NCBI GenBank assembly: GCA_036488585.1
Contig: DASXHH010000002.1
Coordinates: 12 to 64,011, forward strand
Reading direction: 5' to 3'
DNA from: Candidatus Saccharimonadia bacterium
GTDB lineage: Bacteria > Patescibacteriota > Saccharimonadia > UBA4664
Length of the DNA: 64,000 nucleotides
The notes below the pieces were generated by a model. It did not search any database, had not been told where the DNA came from, and was given only the letters and a program-made list of their open reading frames with translations. Shown in pieces: positions 37,827 through 47,371 of the stretch (position 1 is its first letter; every line of letters begins with the position of its first letter). The position numbers and the translations under genes are program-made.

Positions 37827-38222
37827 ATGAAGGAAGTAAAACTTAAGGTAACGATCAAGCGGCCAGCACATGAAGTCTTTAGTTTTACTCTTAATCCAGA
37901 CAACACACCAAAATGGATCGACGGCATAGTTAAGGAAGTAGCCGAACCACAGCCCGTCCGACTAGGGACGATCTTCAAAAATCATAGTGGTGATGGTCAA
38001 TGGGCAGAGTATGAGGTTACGGCTCTTGAGCCTGGCATCATGTTCGTTTTGAGCAGGCGCGACGGGGCTTACCACATAAAATACACGCTGACACCTAATA
38101 ATGGCCACACTGAGTTGGAGTATCTTGAGTGGACCGATGAAGGCGAATTGGACGCCCCATTTTCCCAGGATGCGCTAGATAAGCTCAAGCAAGTTATGGA
38201 GGCGCCACGCCCTCAATTCTAG
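37827..38222 (+). CDS. SRPBCC family protein
   Basis: TIKRPAHEVF..NPDNTPKW, terminal LDKLKQVME helix. Confidence 0.75.
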   Translation: MKEVKLKVTIKRPAHEVFSFTLNPDNTPKWIDGIVKEVAEPQPVRLGTIFKNHSGDGQWAEYEVTALEPGIMFVLSRRDGAYHIKYTLTPNNGHTELEYLEWTDEGELDAPFSQDALDKLKQVMEAPRPQF

Positions 38223-38268
38223 CTATAACACCGCGGACGTATCGCGGAGGATTAATTACAATGAAGTC

Positions 38269-38895
38269 ATGCGTATCATTGTTTTTGGAGCGACAGGAGG
38301 CACTGGGCGGGAGGTCGTCCGCCAGGGGCTAGCGGCTGGTCATTCTATAACTTCTTTTGTGCGCAACCCCGGAGCGGTAGTGACAGAACATGATCGTCTC
38401 AGTGTCGCGCAGGGTAATGTGGTGAACGCGCAGATGGTGGCTGAGGTGATCCGGGAGCACGACGTGGTGATCAGCGTTCTCGGTGTCAGGACCTCGCAGG
38501 CCTTGCGCGGAGATGGCACAATCATATCCGAAGGGGCGCGCAACATTGTCGGCGGCATGAAGCTGCACGGTGTTCGGCGTTTGCTGTTTGTGACTTCGTT
38601 TGGGGTGAGCGCGGACGTATTCTGGCCGGAGAAGCTGCTATTGAAGACTCTGCTCAAGAGGTTGTTTCAAGACAACCTGGCCCAAGAGGCCTTGATCCGT
38701 GAGAGTGGTCTAGACTGGACGATCGTCCGCCCGGCGCGGCTGACTTCCGGACCCGAGACTGGAGATTACAAGACTGGTGAGCACCTAATGATCGGCCCGT
38801 TTTCGCATATTGACCGTAGTGACGTGGCGGACTTTTTGGTCCGAAATGTTGAGAACCCTGATACCGTGCGCCGCACTCTTAATCTCAGCCGCTGA
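38269..38895 (+). CDS. NAD(P)H-binding atypical SDR (flavin reductase-like)
   Basis: FGATGGTG, SGLDWTIVRP, IDRSDVA. Confidence 0.9.
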   Translation: MRIIVFGATGGTGREVVRQGLAAGHSITSFVRNPGAVVTEHDRLSVAQGNVVNAQMVAEVIREHDVVISVLGVRTSQALRGDGTIISEGARNIVGGMKLHGVRRLLFVTSFGVSADVFWPEKLLLKTLLKRLFQDNLAQEALIRESGLDWTIVRPARLTSGPETGDYKTGEHLMIGPFSHIDRSDVADFLVRNVENPDTVRRTLNLSR

Positions 38896-39015
38896 TTCCG
38901 AGGCGTCTGACCGGGTCTTTGAAGTAATTGGCGTCGATGAGCATGGCGAAGCCCCCGGAGGGGCCCCGCACGATTGTGCATAGTTGGGACCCCTCGTGGG
39001 GGCGGGTTGGACTGG

Positions 39016-39786
39016 TCAGTCGCTGTTGGTGCGAATGTGAGGCAGGTTGAGGCCAGCCATCTCCATGGCTTTGGCGCCCTCGCCGGCCAGAGCACGCTCC
39101 TGGACGATCTGCCTGGTCCGGTGGAGGGTGGCGTCGTCGACGATGCGAGCGACGGCGTCCTTGATGTCGGTGAAGCCGAACTCATACGCGACCCGCTCGA
39201 TCTCGTCCATCGCCTGTATGTAGTACCTGAAGTCCTTGGCGGCTCGGACCTGGTCGAGCATGACCTTACGCAAGTCGTTCAGCCCCTTGAGGAGGGTGAA
39301 GGCGTTGCGGCAGATCATCTCGTCGCCCGGTGCCTGGACGCCCGAGTACTCGATGGCGATGCCGTCCTCGGCGTAGGTGCCGAAGTGCACCACGTCTTCG
39401 CCCGTCAGCAGGGTGGTTCCCAGCATCTGGGCGTAGCGGCTGAGCGGACCGACCGGCCCGGACAGCACCCAGGGCATGACGCCGTCGTCCAGCCTGCGCT
39501 TGGCGTTGGCGACTTCCCCGAACGGGCTCGGCCAGTCGCTGCCGATGTCGAAGGGCAGCTCATGGCCGGTACGAAGCCACCGGATGATCAGGTGGCCGGC
39601 GTTGCGGTTGAGCAGCCCGCGGTCGGCGAGCATGGTGACGACTACCTGGAGCGGCTCGAACACGAACACCTCGACGTTCCGGTCGGTGTAGAACCGCTCG
39701 CGGTCAGCCGGGAAGAACTTAGTCATGAGCTTGGCGTGGCCCCGCGCGCGGCGGTCGGGCACGTCGGCGGCAGATGCTCCGGTCAT
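39016..39786 (-). CDS. hypothetical protein
   Basis: 256 aa, AAAGGAG SD, TTGACT-N17-CAAAAT upstream. Confidence 0.7.
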   Translation of the reverse strand: MTGASAADVPDRRARGHAKLMTKFFPADRERFYTDRNVEVFVFEPLQVVVTMLADRGLLNRNAGHLIIRWLRTGHELPFDIGSDWPSPFGEVANAKRRLDDGVMPWVLSGPVGPLSRYAQMLGTTLLTGEDVVHFGTYAEDGIAIEYSGVQAPGDEMICRNAFTLLKGLNDLRKVMLDQVRAAKDFRYYIQAMDEIERVAYEFGFTDIKDAVARIVDDATLHRTRQIVQERALAGEGAKAMEMAGLNLPHIRTNSD

Positions 39787-39930
39787 CCGGAGTCTCCTTT
39801 CAAGAGCGCCCGAAACGGGCGGCTACCCCAACGGTGAGCTCAAACATTTTGTACTATTTGCGCTTAAAAGTCAACTGGCACCATCTGAGACCCGAAGTCG
39901 GACGTTAGAACTATAGTTTATACTTGGGCC

Positions 39931-40548
39931 ATGAATAAACTAGAAAAAGCCCTTCTTGAAGCTAATGAACGTCAATATATTTCAGCTTCAAGTCCCCTCA
40001 AGAGCCATGGACCAGACCATCACTGGCGTGTCTATAAATATGCCCTCAAGCTCGCCGAAAAACTTGAGGTTAGCTACGATGCAGACGTATTAGCGGGTGC
40101 GGCATTGTTGCACGATATGGCGGCATATTATCCGGATAAGACGGGCGAGAATTATCACGACTTTGACCATCAAATTGCCGAGGAAGTTTTGCGTGGGATA
40201 GACTTCCCTTCCGCAAAAATTCCTGCTGTTCTCAACGCGATTGCCAATCATGGTTCAGACGCAAGATATAAGAAGGCCGATGAGCCAATTGAGACGACTC
40301 TTCTTCGGGATGCCGATAAGCTTGATGTGTTTGGACCGATAGGAGTTGCGAGAATTATCATGGTACGAACGTTAAAGGGCGACACTCTCGATGATATTGT
40401 GGCCGACTTTTACACTGGCGGACACTTGCAGCGGAAATGGGAAGCAATCACGACACCCGAAGCCCGAGAACTGGTTCGTGACGACTATGACTACTCGAGA
40501 CGATTCTTTGAACAATTAGCGAAGAGCCTTAGTACGGACGTAACCTAA
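39931..40548 (+). CDS. HD-domain phosphohydrolase
   Basis: HGPDHHWRV, AALLHD, DADKLD. Confidence 0.88.
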   Translation: MNKLEKALLEANERQYISASSPLKSHGPDHHWRVYKYALKLAEKLEVSYDADVLAGAALLHDMAAYYPDKTGENYHDFDHQIAEEVLRGIDFPSAKIPAVLNAIANHGSDARYKKADEPIETTLLRDADKLDVFGPIGVARIIMVRTLKGDTLDDIVADFYTGGHLQRKWEAITTPEARELVRDDYDYSRRFFEQLAKSLSTDVT

Positions 40549-40551
40549 CTA

Positions 40552-41097
40552 ATGAGCAGGCATCTGATATATAAAATCGTGGAGGCAGATAAACACTGGG
40601 CAGATGAGTACCGGATGTTCTGCCAAAAAGCTTACCAAGCAGCATACCCACGGCCCGAACGAGGCGTAACGAAGGACTTATTCTCGGAAGCTATCTTCAA
40701 TAGCCCCAGGATTAAGACATACTTCAACGAGCTTCTATCGCCAAGCGAAAGTAACAAGTTTTGGCTGGCACTGGATGACAATAACCACATACTTGGCGGG
40801 GCCGGGGCCACCAATAAGGTTGACCACATAGAAATGCAGGCCTTCTATGTCTCAGAGAACCACCAAGGGCAGGGCATTGGCCGCGCGTTGTATGAAAAGG
40901 TTAAACGGTTTGCCGGTAAGCTTCCCATTGAGATAGAGGTCATAGAATACATGGAAGAGACTATTAAGACGTACGAGCATTGGGGCTTTAGGATTGATCC
41001 TTCGAGAGCCAAGGTGACGTATCCGTGGACAGAATGGCCGGATGACGCCATCGCAAGTTACCAAGCGATTCATATGGTTAGGCCTGTACCAAAATAG
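40552..41097 (+). CDS. GNAT acetyltransferase
   Basis: YV...QGQGIGRAL, YEHWGF. Confidence 0.85.
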   Translation: MSRHLIYKIVEADKHWADEYRMFCQKAYQAAYPRPERGVTKDLFSEAIFNSPRIKTYFNELLSPSESNKFWLALDDNNHILGGAGATNKVDHIEMQAFYVSENHQGQGIGRALYEKVKRFAGKLPIEIEVIEYMEETIKTYEHWGFRIDPSRAKVTYPWTEWPDDAIASYQAIHMVRPVPK

Positions 41098-41209
41098 TTC
41101 TAACGTTCTCCGCTCGCGCTATGAAAGTACTTCTCCTGCGGCACGGGGTAAGTTTTGAGGTCCCGCGGCGCTGAAGCTGCGGGACCTCGGGATGGTTGAC
41201 GGTTGCGAC

Positions 41210-41593
41210 TCAGCGGCGTGGGTCGTTGGCGCCGCGGCAAATATGGCACACAACTTTGCCGGAGCCTCCACACGTGGAGCAGCCGGAATGGTTGTGGAGA
41301 CTTGGCGCCGGACACGGCTCCGTCCCGAAAGCGCAGCAGTTGTATGTCCGGGTCTCGGTTTCGGTCTCGGAGCGGCCCCCGAAGCTGCCTGCCGCACTGG
41401 CTGGCGGCCGGGGCTCTACCTGCGATGTCTTGGCCAGCGATATCAACAGGAAGATGAACCCGACGTATGGGATGAACCCGAGCAGGGCATACAGTCTCCC
41501 GGCACCGGCCCTGAGGGCGTGGATCAGGCAGACCACCGCCAGGAACCACTGGACTAGCACGACGATTTTAAATACCTGTGTCGAAGGATCCAT
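41210..41593 (-). CDS. small membrane protein with Cys-rich C-terminus
   Basis: Two TM segments, CSTCGGSGKVVCHICRG. Confidence 0.55.
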   Translation of the reverse strand: MDPSTQVFKIVVLVQWFLAVVCLIHALRAGAGRLYALLGFIPYVGFIFLLISLAKTSQVEPRPPASAAGSFGGRSETETETRTYNCCAFGTEPCPAPSLHNHSGCSTCGGSGKVVCHICRGANDPRR

Positions 41594-41712
41594 TCTTTTC
41601 CCCTTACTCTTGGGGTACGCGGAATCGTCTCGGGGATTATAGCAAAATTACTTAACCCAAGCCATAATAATGAGCTAGGCCTAGCAGCTCTAACCTGGGG
41701 TATACTGAGGTC

Positions 41713-42024
41713 ATGGAAATGAAGATATTCAAGCGCGCGGCGATTAACGCATTATTGGCGTTTATCTATGTGACGGTCATAGGTTTGTTTATGTCGAATG
41801 CATCAAGCATCTTTGGGCGAAAAGATACGGCATTGACGCCGGTCGCAGTGCTCATGCTTTTAGTATTCTCGGCGGCGCTAATGGGCATTTTGGTGTTTGG
41901 CCAACCGGTGATGTGGTATATCGATGGGAAGAAGAAAGCAGCCCTAAATTTGTTGGGCTACACCATGGCGGCCCTTTTGTTATTGATGGTGCTGACGTTT
42001 GCAGCTCTGCTCGTTCTACGCTAG
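41713..42024 (+). CDS. hypothetical membrane protein
   Basis: Three TM segments, LLVFSAA...FGQP. Confidence 0.75.
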   Translation: MEMKIFKRAAINALLAFIYVTVIGLFMSNASSIFGRKDTALTPVAVLMLLVFSAALMGILVFGQPVMWYIDGKKKAALNLLGYTMAALLLLMVLTFAALLVLR

Positions 42025-42130
42025 CGCTTGTGTTATTCGCTTATGACTTGCACGTAAGAATTGGGTTAACGCTTCATCCGGGAGCACCGGCGACATTTCG
42101 GGTAACTAATAAAATAATATAAGAACAACG

Positions 42131-42676
42131 ATGAAAAGAGCTGTTTTGGTGGTTGCGCTGCTGGTTGCCATGGGGGCAGCAGCGTTTATGGCATACGCAA
42201 ACAACCGCAAACCTACGAGAAACACCATTACACCGGCGCCATCGGCGACGATGAGCACTTCGCCGAGGGTGGCCGAGTGTCAGACATCGGTCTTGGCGGC
42301 CACACTCACCAGTAGTGGCGGGGCTGCGGGTACTATTTATTACTCGCTGGCATTGAAGAACACGGGTGCCAAGACTTGCACCGAGCGCGGCTACCCGGGC
42401 GTTTCCCTGGTGGACGGCAGTGGCAGCATGCTAGGCCAACCTGCCACGCGCAACTCCTCGGTGACGCCGCAGACTATTACATTAAGCCCTGGCGCGTCGG
42501 TGTATGCGCAGGTGGGGGTTCCGAACGCGGGCAACTTCGGACCCGGCCAATGTTCGGCGAACTCGGCCGCACTGCGGGTTTACCCGCCAGACCAGACCCA
42601 ATACCTGCAAGTAAACGCACAACTGCAGTCCTGCCCGGGTTTCTCAACCACTGCTCTTTCGAGTACCCAACACTAA
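42131..42676 (+). CDS. DUF4232-like secreted protein
   Basis: Signal/TM, GAAGT, NTGAKTC..GYPGV, LRVYPP. Confidence 0.8.
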   Translation: MKRAVLVVALLVAMGAAAFMAYANNRKPTRNTITPAPSATMSTSPRVAECQTSVLAATLTSSGGAAGTIYYSLALKNTGAKTCTERGYPGVSLVDGSGSMLGQPATRNSSVTPQTITLSPGASVYAQVGVPNAGNFGPGQCSANSAALRVYPPDQTQYLQVNAQLQSCPGFSTTALSSTQH

Positions 42677-42687
42677 CCAACCGTAAG

Positions 42688-43011
42688 CTAGCGCCAGCGG
42701 CGGGGCCGGTAGGTTGGGTCACGATAGCGCTGGATATCGTGGAAAATTTTGAGGGCCGCAATGAGGCCGATCGGGATTTCGAGATCGTCCAAAAACGGGA
42801 GGCCGAAGGTGAACGGCGCGAGAGCATCGTTGAGGGCGGCGAAGGGTGCGTAGCCGGCAAATACCAGCAGCACCACCCGGAACAGCCCGAGTAAATGGAA
42901 CTTGTTGGCGTCGCGCAGCCAGAGCCGGGAGGCCTCCCAGAAGGTGCGCCGTGGCACACCTTCTGCATGTGAACCTGGACCGGTGCGGAGGCTGTGTTCG
43001 GATGTGGCCAT
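42688..43011 (-). CDS. hypothetical membrane protein
   Basis: Starts 2 nt after the DUF892 gene stop; hydrophobic segments. Confidence 0.55.
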   Translation of the reverse strand: MATSEHSLRTGPGSHAEGVPRRTFWEASRLWLRDANKFHLLGLFRVVLLVFAGYAPFAALNDALAPFTFGLPFLDDLEIPIGLIAALKIFHDIQRYRDPTYRPRRWR

Positions 43012-43013
43012 AA

Positions 43014-43589
43014 CTAGATGACGTCCTCTCCATTGTCGTCGATCCGCTCGCCAAAGGCCGGCTCGGGCCGGGCGCCGGCAGTGCTTTCGGCTTCGGTGGT
43101 TTCTACGCCGGCAGCCGATTGAACGGCGGCGGTGACGGTGGCGGGCAGCTGCTCGTGCAGGAAGTCGGCCATGTCCTGCTCTTCACGGATTGTGTCATCG
43201 CACATCTGTACAATCTCGCGGTAGCCGAGCTCGGTGGCGGCTGTTTTAATGGTCTCGTACATGGCAATCTCGTAATGCTCGGCCGCGAAGTCGGCCATGG
43301 TGTGTTTCACCAATTTATCGGCACCTAGGCCGGTGGTCATGCCCTGGATTGTGCCCATAAAACTACCGGACGCGCCCTTCATGCCGGAGAGCTTGCCGCC
43401 GAGCGACTCGATGCCTTGCTCCAAGCGATCACATTGAGTGTTGGTTTCTTGGATGTGCTCCTCCAGGCGTGAGCGCAGATCCTCGAAGTCTTTGGCGTCA
43501 TCGAGTTGGCCTTCGAGAATTTTGTGCTGGGCTTTCTCCATGGCGTAGGCATCATTTAGCCGCGAAATGAGTTGTTCCTTCCCTGTCAT
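43014..43589 (-). CDS. ferritin-like DUF892 (YciE/YciF) protein
   Basis: LNDAYAME, HIQET, EHYEIAMY. Confidence 0.88.
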   Translation of the reverse strand: MTGKEQLISRLNDAYAMEKAQHKILEGQLDDAKDFEDLRSRLEEHIQETNTQCDRLEQGIESLGGKLSGMKGASGSFMGTIQGMTTGLGADKLVKHTMADFAAEHYEIAMYETIKTAATELGYREIVQMCDDTIREEQDMADFLHEQLPATVTAAVQSAAGVETTEAESTAGARPEPAFGERIDDNGEDVI

Positions 43590-43682
43590 CTGTATCCCCC
43601 ATTAACTTGCGGGGGTAATTGTCATATATATTGAGTGACCGCGGATCGGTCATAATCACATATCGTGTGTAAAATGATGATA

Positions 43683-43988
43683 ATGAATAGCTTTACGGAC
43701 AGAGTGTATGACATTGTGGCGCAGATACCAGCCGGTAAGGTAGCGACATACGGTGATGTGGCGCGAATGGCCGGAACACCCGGTGCTTCGAGGGCCGTTG
43801 GTATGGCCATGAGTCATAACCGTAACACCGAGCGTGTGCCATGCCATCGAGTGGTAGGGTCAGACGGCAAAATGCACGGATACGCGTTTGGCGGCGAGGT
43901 CACTAAGCGCGAACTCTTGGCGAGTGAGGGTGTGGCAATGACGGGCGATCGGGTTGACCTGCGCCAGTCGCGATGGCAGCCGGAATAA
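43683..43988 (+). CDS. MGMT-family O6-alkylguanine DNA alkyltransferase (C-terminal domain only)
   Basis: IPAGKVATYG, RAVG, VPCHRVV, LLASEG. Confidence 0.9.
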   Translation: MNSFTDRVYDIVAQIPAGKVATYGDVARMAGTPGASRAVGMAMSHNRNTERVPCHRVVGSDGKMHGYAFGGEVTKRELLASEGVAMTGDRVDLRQSRWQPE

Positions 43989-44014
43989 CGGCTGCAGGTG
44001 CTATAGTGGCTGCA

Positions 44015-45373
44015 ATGGACAAGCAACACAAGCTGGTTTTAGTAGTTTGCATTCTGGCCTCGTTTGTGGCCTTTTTGGACGGTTCGGTCGTGAACGTGGC
44101 GCTGCCGGCAATTACGCGCGAGATCGGTGGAGGCTTGGCGGTGCAGCAATGGGTGGTGGATGCGTACGCGATTACGCTCGGCGCCTTGATGTTGATCGCG
44201 GGATCTTTTAGCGATCTGTTTGGTCGCAAACGGATTATGATTTGGGGATTACTGGGATTTGGCGTAACGAGCCTAGCTTGCGCTGTAGCTCCAAACGGCG
44301 GCACGCTAGTGGCAGCCCGGGCCGCGCAGGGTGTGGCGGGAGCGCTGCTGGTGCCGAGCTCGCTGGCCATGATTATCGCAACCTTCAAAGGCGAAGCGCA
44401 GGGCAAGGCCATCGGTACCTGGACGGCCTGGACCGGAATCGCGTTTGTAATTGGGCCGCTGCTGGGCGGTTTTTTGGTGGACGCGGCGTCGTGGCGGTTG
44501 GTGTTTGCGATCAACGTGCTGCCGATTGCGCTTAACCTCTGGCTACTCGGCAAGGTCGCGGTGGAAGAGAAAGTGAAGGCTGGCGCCCGCGTGGACGGGC
44601 TAGGGGCAGTACTAGGCGGGCTGGGGCTAGCGGGGCCCGTATTCGCACTAATAGAGCAGCCACGGCGGGGCTGGACAGATCCGGTGGTGTTGATTTGCCT
44701 GGTGGTGGGGCTAGTGATGCTGGCGGCGTTCTTATGGCACGAGCGGACAGCCAAAAACCCGATGTTACCACTGGAATTGTTTAAGATCCGGAACTTTAGC
44801 GTGGGCAATGTGGCAACCACGGCTATTTACGCCGGATTGTCGCTGGCTACGTTCGTGATTGTGGTGTTTGAGCAGCAAGTGGGCCACTTTTCGGCGCTGA
44901 TGGCCGGATTGTCGCTGCTGCCAGTGACAATCATTATGTTTTTCCTGTCGCCGAAATTCGGAGCGTTGGCGGGCAAGCACGGGCCACGGCTGTTTATGAC
45001 GGTGGGGCCAATACTAGGTGGCCTGGGCTTCTTGTGGATGGTGCGGGTGAACAGCGATGTGAACTATTGGACGCAACTTTTGCCAGGTGTACTAATGTTT
45101 GGCGTAGGTTTGTCGATGACGGTGGCACCGCTAACCGCAGCGGTACTGGGCCACATTCCGCCCGAGCATGCCGGTGTGGGCTCGGCGGTGAATAATGCCA
45201 TTTCGCGAATAGCGGGGCTGTTGGCGGTGGCCACGATTGGCTTAATAGCTGGGGCGCAATTGAACCTGGCTGGGTTTCACCGGGCGGCGGTGATAATGGC
45301 GGCGTTATTGATGGTGGGTGGACTAGTATCGGCTTTGGGAATTACCAACCGGGGATTGGCAACGACACAATAA
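44015..45373 (+). CDS. MFS drug:H+ antiporter (DHA2)
   Basis: LDGSVVNVALP, DLFGRKR, GPLLGG, SWRLVFAINV. Confidence 0.92.
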   Translation: MDKQHKLVLVVCILASFVAFLDGSVVNVALPAITREIGGGLAVQQWVVDAYAITLGALMLIAGSFSDLFGRKRIMIWGLLGFGVTSLACAVAPNGGTLVAARAAQGVAGALLVPSSLAMIIATFKGEAQGKAIGTWTAWTGIAFVIGPLLGGFLVDAASWRLVFAINVLPIALNLWLLGKVAVEEKVKAGARVDGLGAVLGGLGLAGPVFALIEQPRRGWTDPVVLICLVVGLVMLAAFLWHERTAKNPMLPLELFKIRNFSVGNVATTAIYAGLSLATFVIVVFEQQVGHFSALMAGLSLLPVTIIMFFLSPKFGALAGKHGPRLFMTVGPILGGLGFLWMVRVNSDVNYWTQLLPGVLMFGVGLSMTVAPLTAAVLGHIPPEHAGVGSAVNNAISRIAGLLAVATIGLIAGAQLNLAGFHRAAVIMAALLMVGGLVSALGITNRGLATTQ

Positions 45374-45422
45374 GCATAAGGGTTGTAACCAAACCAGCGG
45401 GGGCGTACAGTACGGTGTAACC

Positions 45423-45923
45423 ATGACTTCCCCTACTGCCCGCGACGAACAATTTATGCGGCTGGCACTGGACCAGGCGGAGTTGTCGCGGGAGCAGGGG
45501 GATTTCCCGTTTGGGGTGGTGATAACCTGGCGCGGGCGGGCGCTGGTGATCCAGCAGAACGGCGAAACCAGGGACGCCGACATTACTGCGCACGCAGAGA
45601 TGCTGGCGCTACGCGAGGCCTGCCGTCGATTGGCGCGCCGCGATTTGAGCGATTGTACGATTTACTCGTCGTGCGAGCCGTGCCCGATGTGCTCGGCCGC
45701 GATTTTTCAATCGAATATACCGCGAGTGGTATTCTCGCTATTTCGCGATGACTTGCCGCACATTTTCCGCAAGCGCAAGATCCGGATCGCTCAACTAGCG
45801 GAGGATTGGGACTACCGGCCGGAGGTGGTGGGTGGGTTACTGCGTGACGAGGCAGTCCAGCCGTTTGAGGGGCTAAAGTTGCCGCTGCGGGTAGTACCGC
45901 AGCATCACCGCACAGAAGTTTAA
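45423..45923 (+). CDS. zinc-dependent nucleoside/tRNA deaminase family
   Basis: PFG, HAE, EPCPMC. Confidence 0.88.
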   Translation: MTSPTARDEQFMRLALDQAELSREQGDFPFGVVITWRGRALVIQQNGETRDADITAHAEMLALREACRRLARRDLSDCTIYSSCEPCPMCSAAIFQSNIPRVVFSLFRDDLPHIFRKRKIRIAQLAEDWDYRPEVVGGLLRDEAVQPFEGLKLPLRVVPQHHRTEV

Positions 45924-46022
45924 TCACATTTAGTGGCTGGCCCTCCTAGCTGGGCTGTTTCTTTTTGGCTTGGTGCCAAAATGCTTATGTTATAATCTAG
46001 CTAATTTCGAAGGTACGCAACT

Positions 46023-46319
46023 ATGAAATCCCAAGCCTTACTGCCCCAGATTGCCTACGAGAAGAACGCTGAGATTTATAAGGTAATGGCAAACCGAACT
46101 CGGCTGGCGATTTTGAATTTTGTGCGCGATGAGGAACATTCAGTGGAGGAGATTTCGCAGTATGCCGGCGCGCGCAAGGCCAACATTTCGCAGCACCTAG
46201 CGCTTCTGCGGCACTCAGGGCTGGTAACTGGCCGACGTGAGGGAACCAATGTGTACTACAAGATTATCGACCCGCGGATCGTAGAGCCGTGCCGGATATT
46301 GTACGGTATCTGGAGCTAG
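46023..46319 (+). CDS. ArsR/SmtB family regulator
   Basis: RLAIL, NISQHLALLR..GLV..RREG..VYY. Confidence 0.9.
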   Translation: MKSQALLPQIAYEKNAEIYKVMANRTRLAILNFVRDEEHSVEEISQYAGARKANISQHLALLRHSGLVTGRREGTNVYYKIIDPRIVEPCRILYGIWS

Positions 46320-46361
46320 GCCCTATACGGGTCCGAAGTGTGTTAGACTACTGACTATCAA

Positions 46362-47366
46362 ATGGTTTACGTTATTGTTCTAGGACTTCTGGTCCTTTCT
46401 GCCCTGTTTTCGGGGCTCACACTCGGGCTCATGAGCCTCGGGCCGCACGAATTGAAGCGCAAAATGGCGCTGGGGGACACGCGCGCTAAGAAGATCTACG
46501 CCGTGCGCCGGCGTGGGAACTTGCTGTTGGTGACGCTGCTGGTGGGCAATGTCGCCGCGATTTCGACGATGTCGATCTTTTTGGAGTCGATTTCCTCGGG
46601 ATTGGTGGCGGCGCTTGCGACTACGGGGCTCATCACGATATTCGGTGAGATTTTGCCGCAGGCGGTGTTTTCCCGCTACGCTTTGAGGTTGGGGGCCAGT
46701 ACCGCATGGCTCGTGCAGGGAATTATGTTCCTGCTCTACCCACTGGCAGCTCCCCTGGCCTGGATTTTGGATAAATCGCTGGGCGACGAACTGCCCACCC
46801 TGTATTCGCGCAAGGAGTTGGTGGGAATTTTGCGGGAACACGGCGGCAATATTCTCAAGACCGATGAGGAACGGATTGCGCGCGGCGCCCTGACGTTTAG
46901 CGAGAAGAAGATTACCGAGGTGATGACGCCGCGATTTATGGTGACCGGGATTGAGCAAGACCGGGTGCTCGACCGTAATACCATCGACGAGCTGCGACGG
47001 GCGGGATATTCGCGCATACCAGTGTACGATGAGACGCTCGACCGTGTGACCGGCATACTATACGCCCAGCAGCTGATAGACTCGGCCACCCACGGCAAGA
47101 CGGTAGCTGAGGTGTGCAGCAAGGACGTGTATTTCGTGAACGAGGATGCCAACCTCGACCACGCGCTGAACGCGTTTATTAAGACCAAGAATCACCTGTT
47201 TATGGTGGTCAACGGTTTTTCCGAATTTGTGGGAATTATCGCCATCGAGGACGTGCTCGAAGAGATCTTGGGCGTGGAGATTGTAGACGAATTCGACAAA
47301 TACGCGAACGTACGGGCAGTAGCCGAAAAGATGGGGCAGACGCGGGTGCCCCGAAATACGCTGTAG
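46362..47366 (+). CDS. CNNM/DUF21-CBS domain protein
   Basis: FSGLTLG, FGEILPQA, VMTPR, GYSRIPVY, EDVLEEILG. Confidence 0.92.
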   Translation: MVYVIVLGLLVLSALFSGLTLGLMSLGPHELKRKMALGDTRAKKIYAVRRRGNLLLVTLLVGNVAAISTMSIFLESISSGLVAALATTGLITIFGEILPQAVFSRYALRLGASTAWLVQGIMFLLYPLAAPLAWILDKSLGDELPTLYSRKELVGILREHGGNILKTDEERIARGALTFSEKKITEVMTPRFMVTGIEQDRVLDRNTIDELRRAGYSRIPVYDETLDRVTGILYAQQLIDSATHGKTVAEVCSKDVYFVNEDANLDHALNAFIKTKNHLFMVVNGFSEFVGIIAIEDVLEEILGVEIVDEFDKYANVRAVAEKMGQTRVPRNTL

Positions 47367-47371
47367 GCCAA

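Larger units (their letters stand above)
39902..41106. repeat. 13-bp inverted repeats flanking the HD and GNAT genes
   Basis: ACGTTAGAACTAT (39902-39914) and ATAGTTCTAACGT (41094-41106). Confidence 0.5.

Noticed and set aside
38974-39837. Long antisense or alternate-frame ORFs (also 43903-44820, 49934-50659, 52058-52846)
   Set aside because: Shadow ORFs expected in GC-rich coding DNA; they overlap better-supported genes.
36755-42676. Run of small GNAT/VOC/SRPBCC/HD genes as an integron cassette array
   Set aside because: No paired RYYYAAC...GTTRRRY attC hairpins between genes that I could find, and no IntI.
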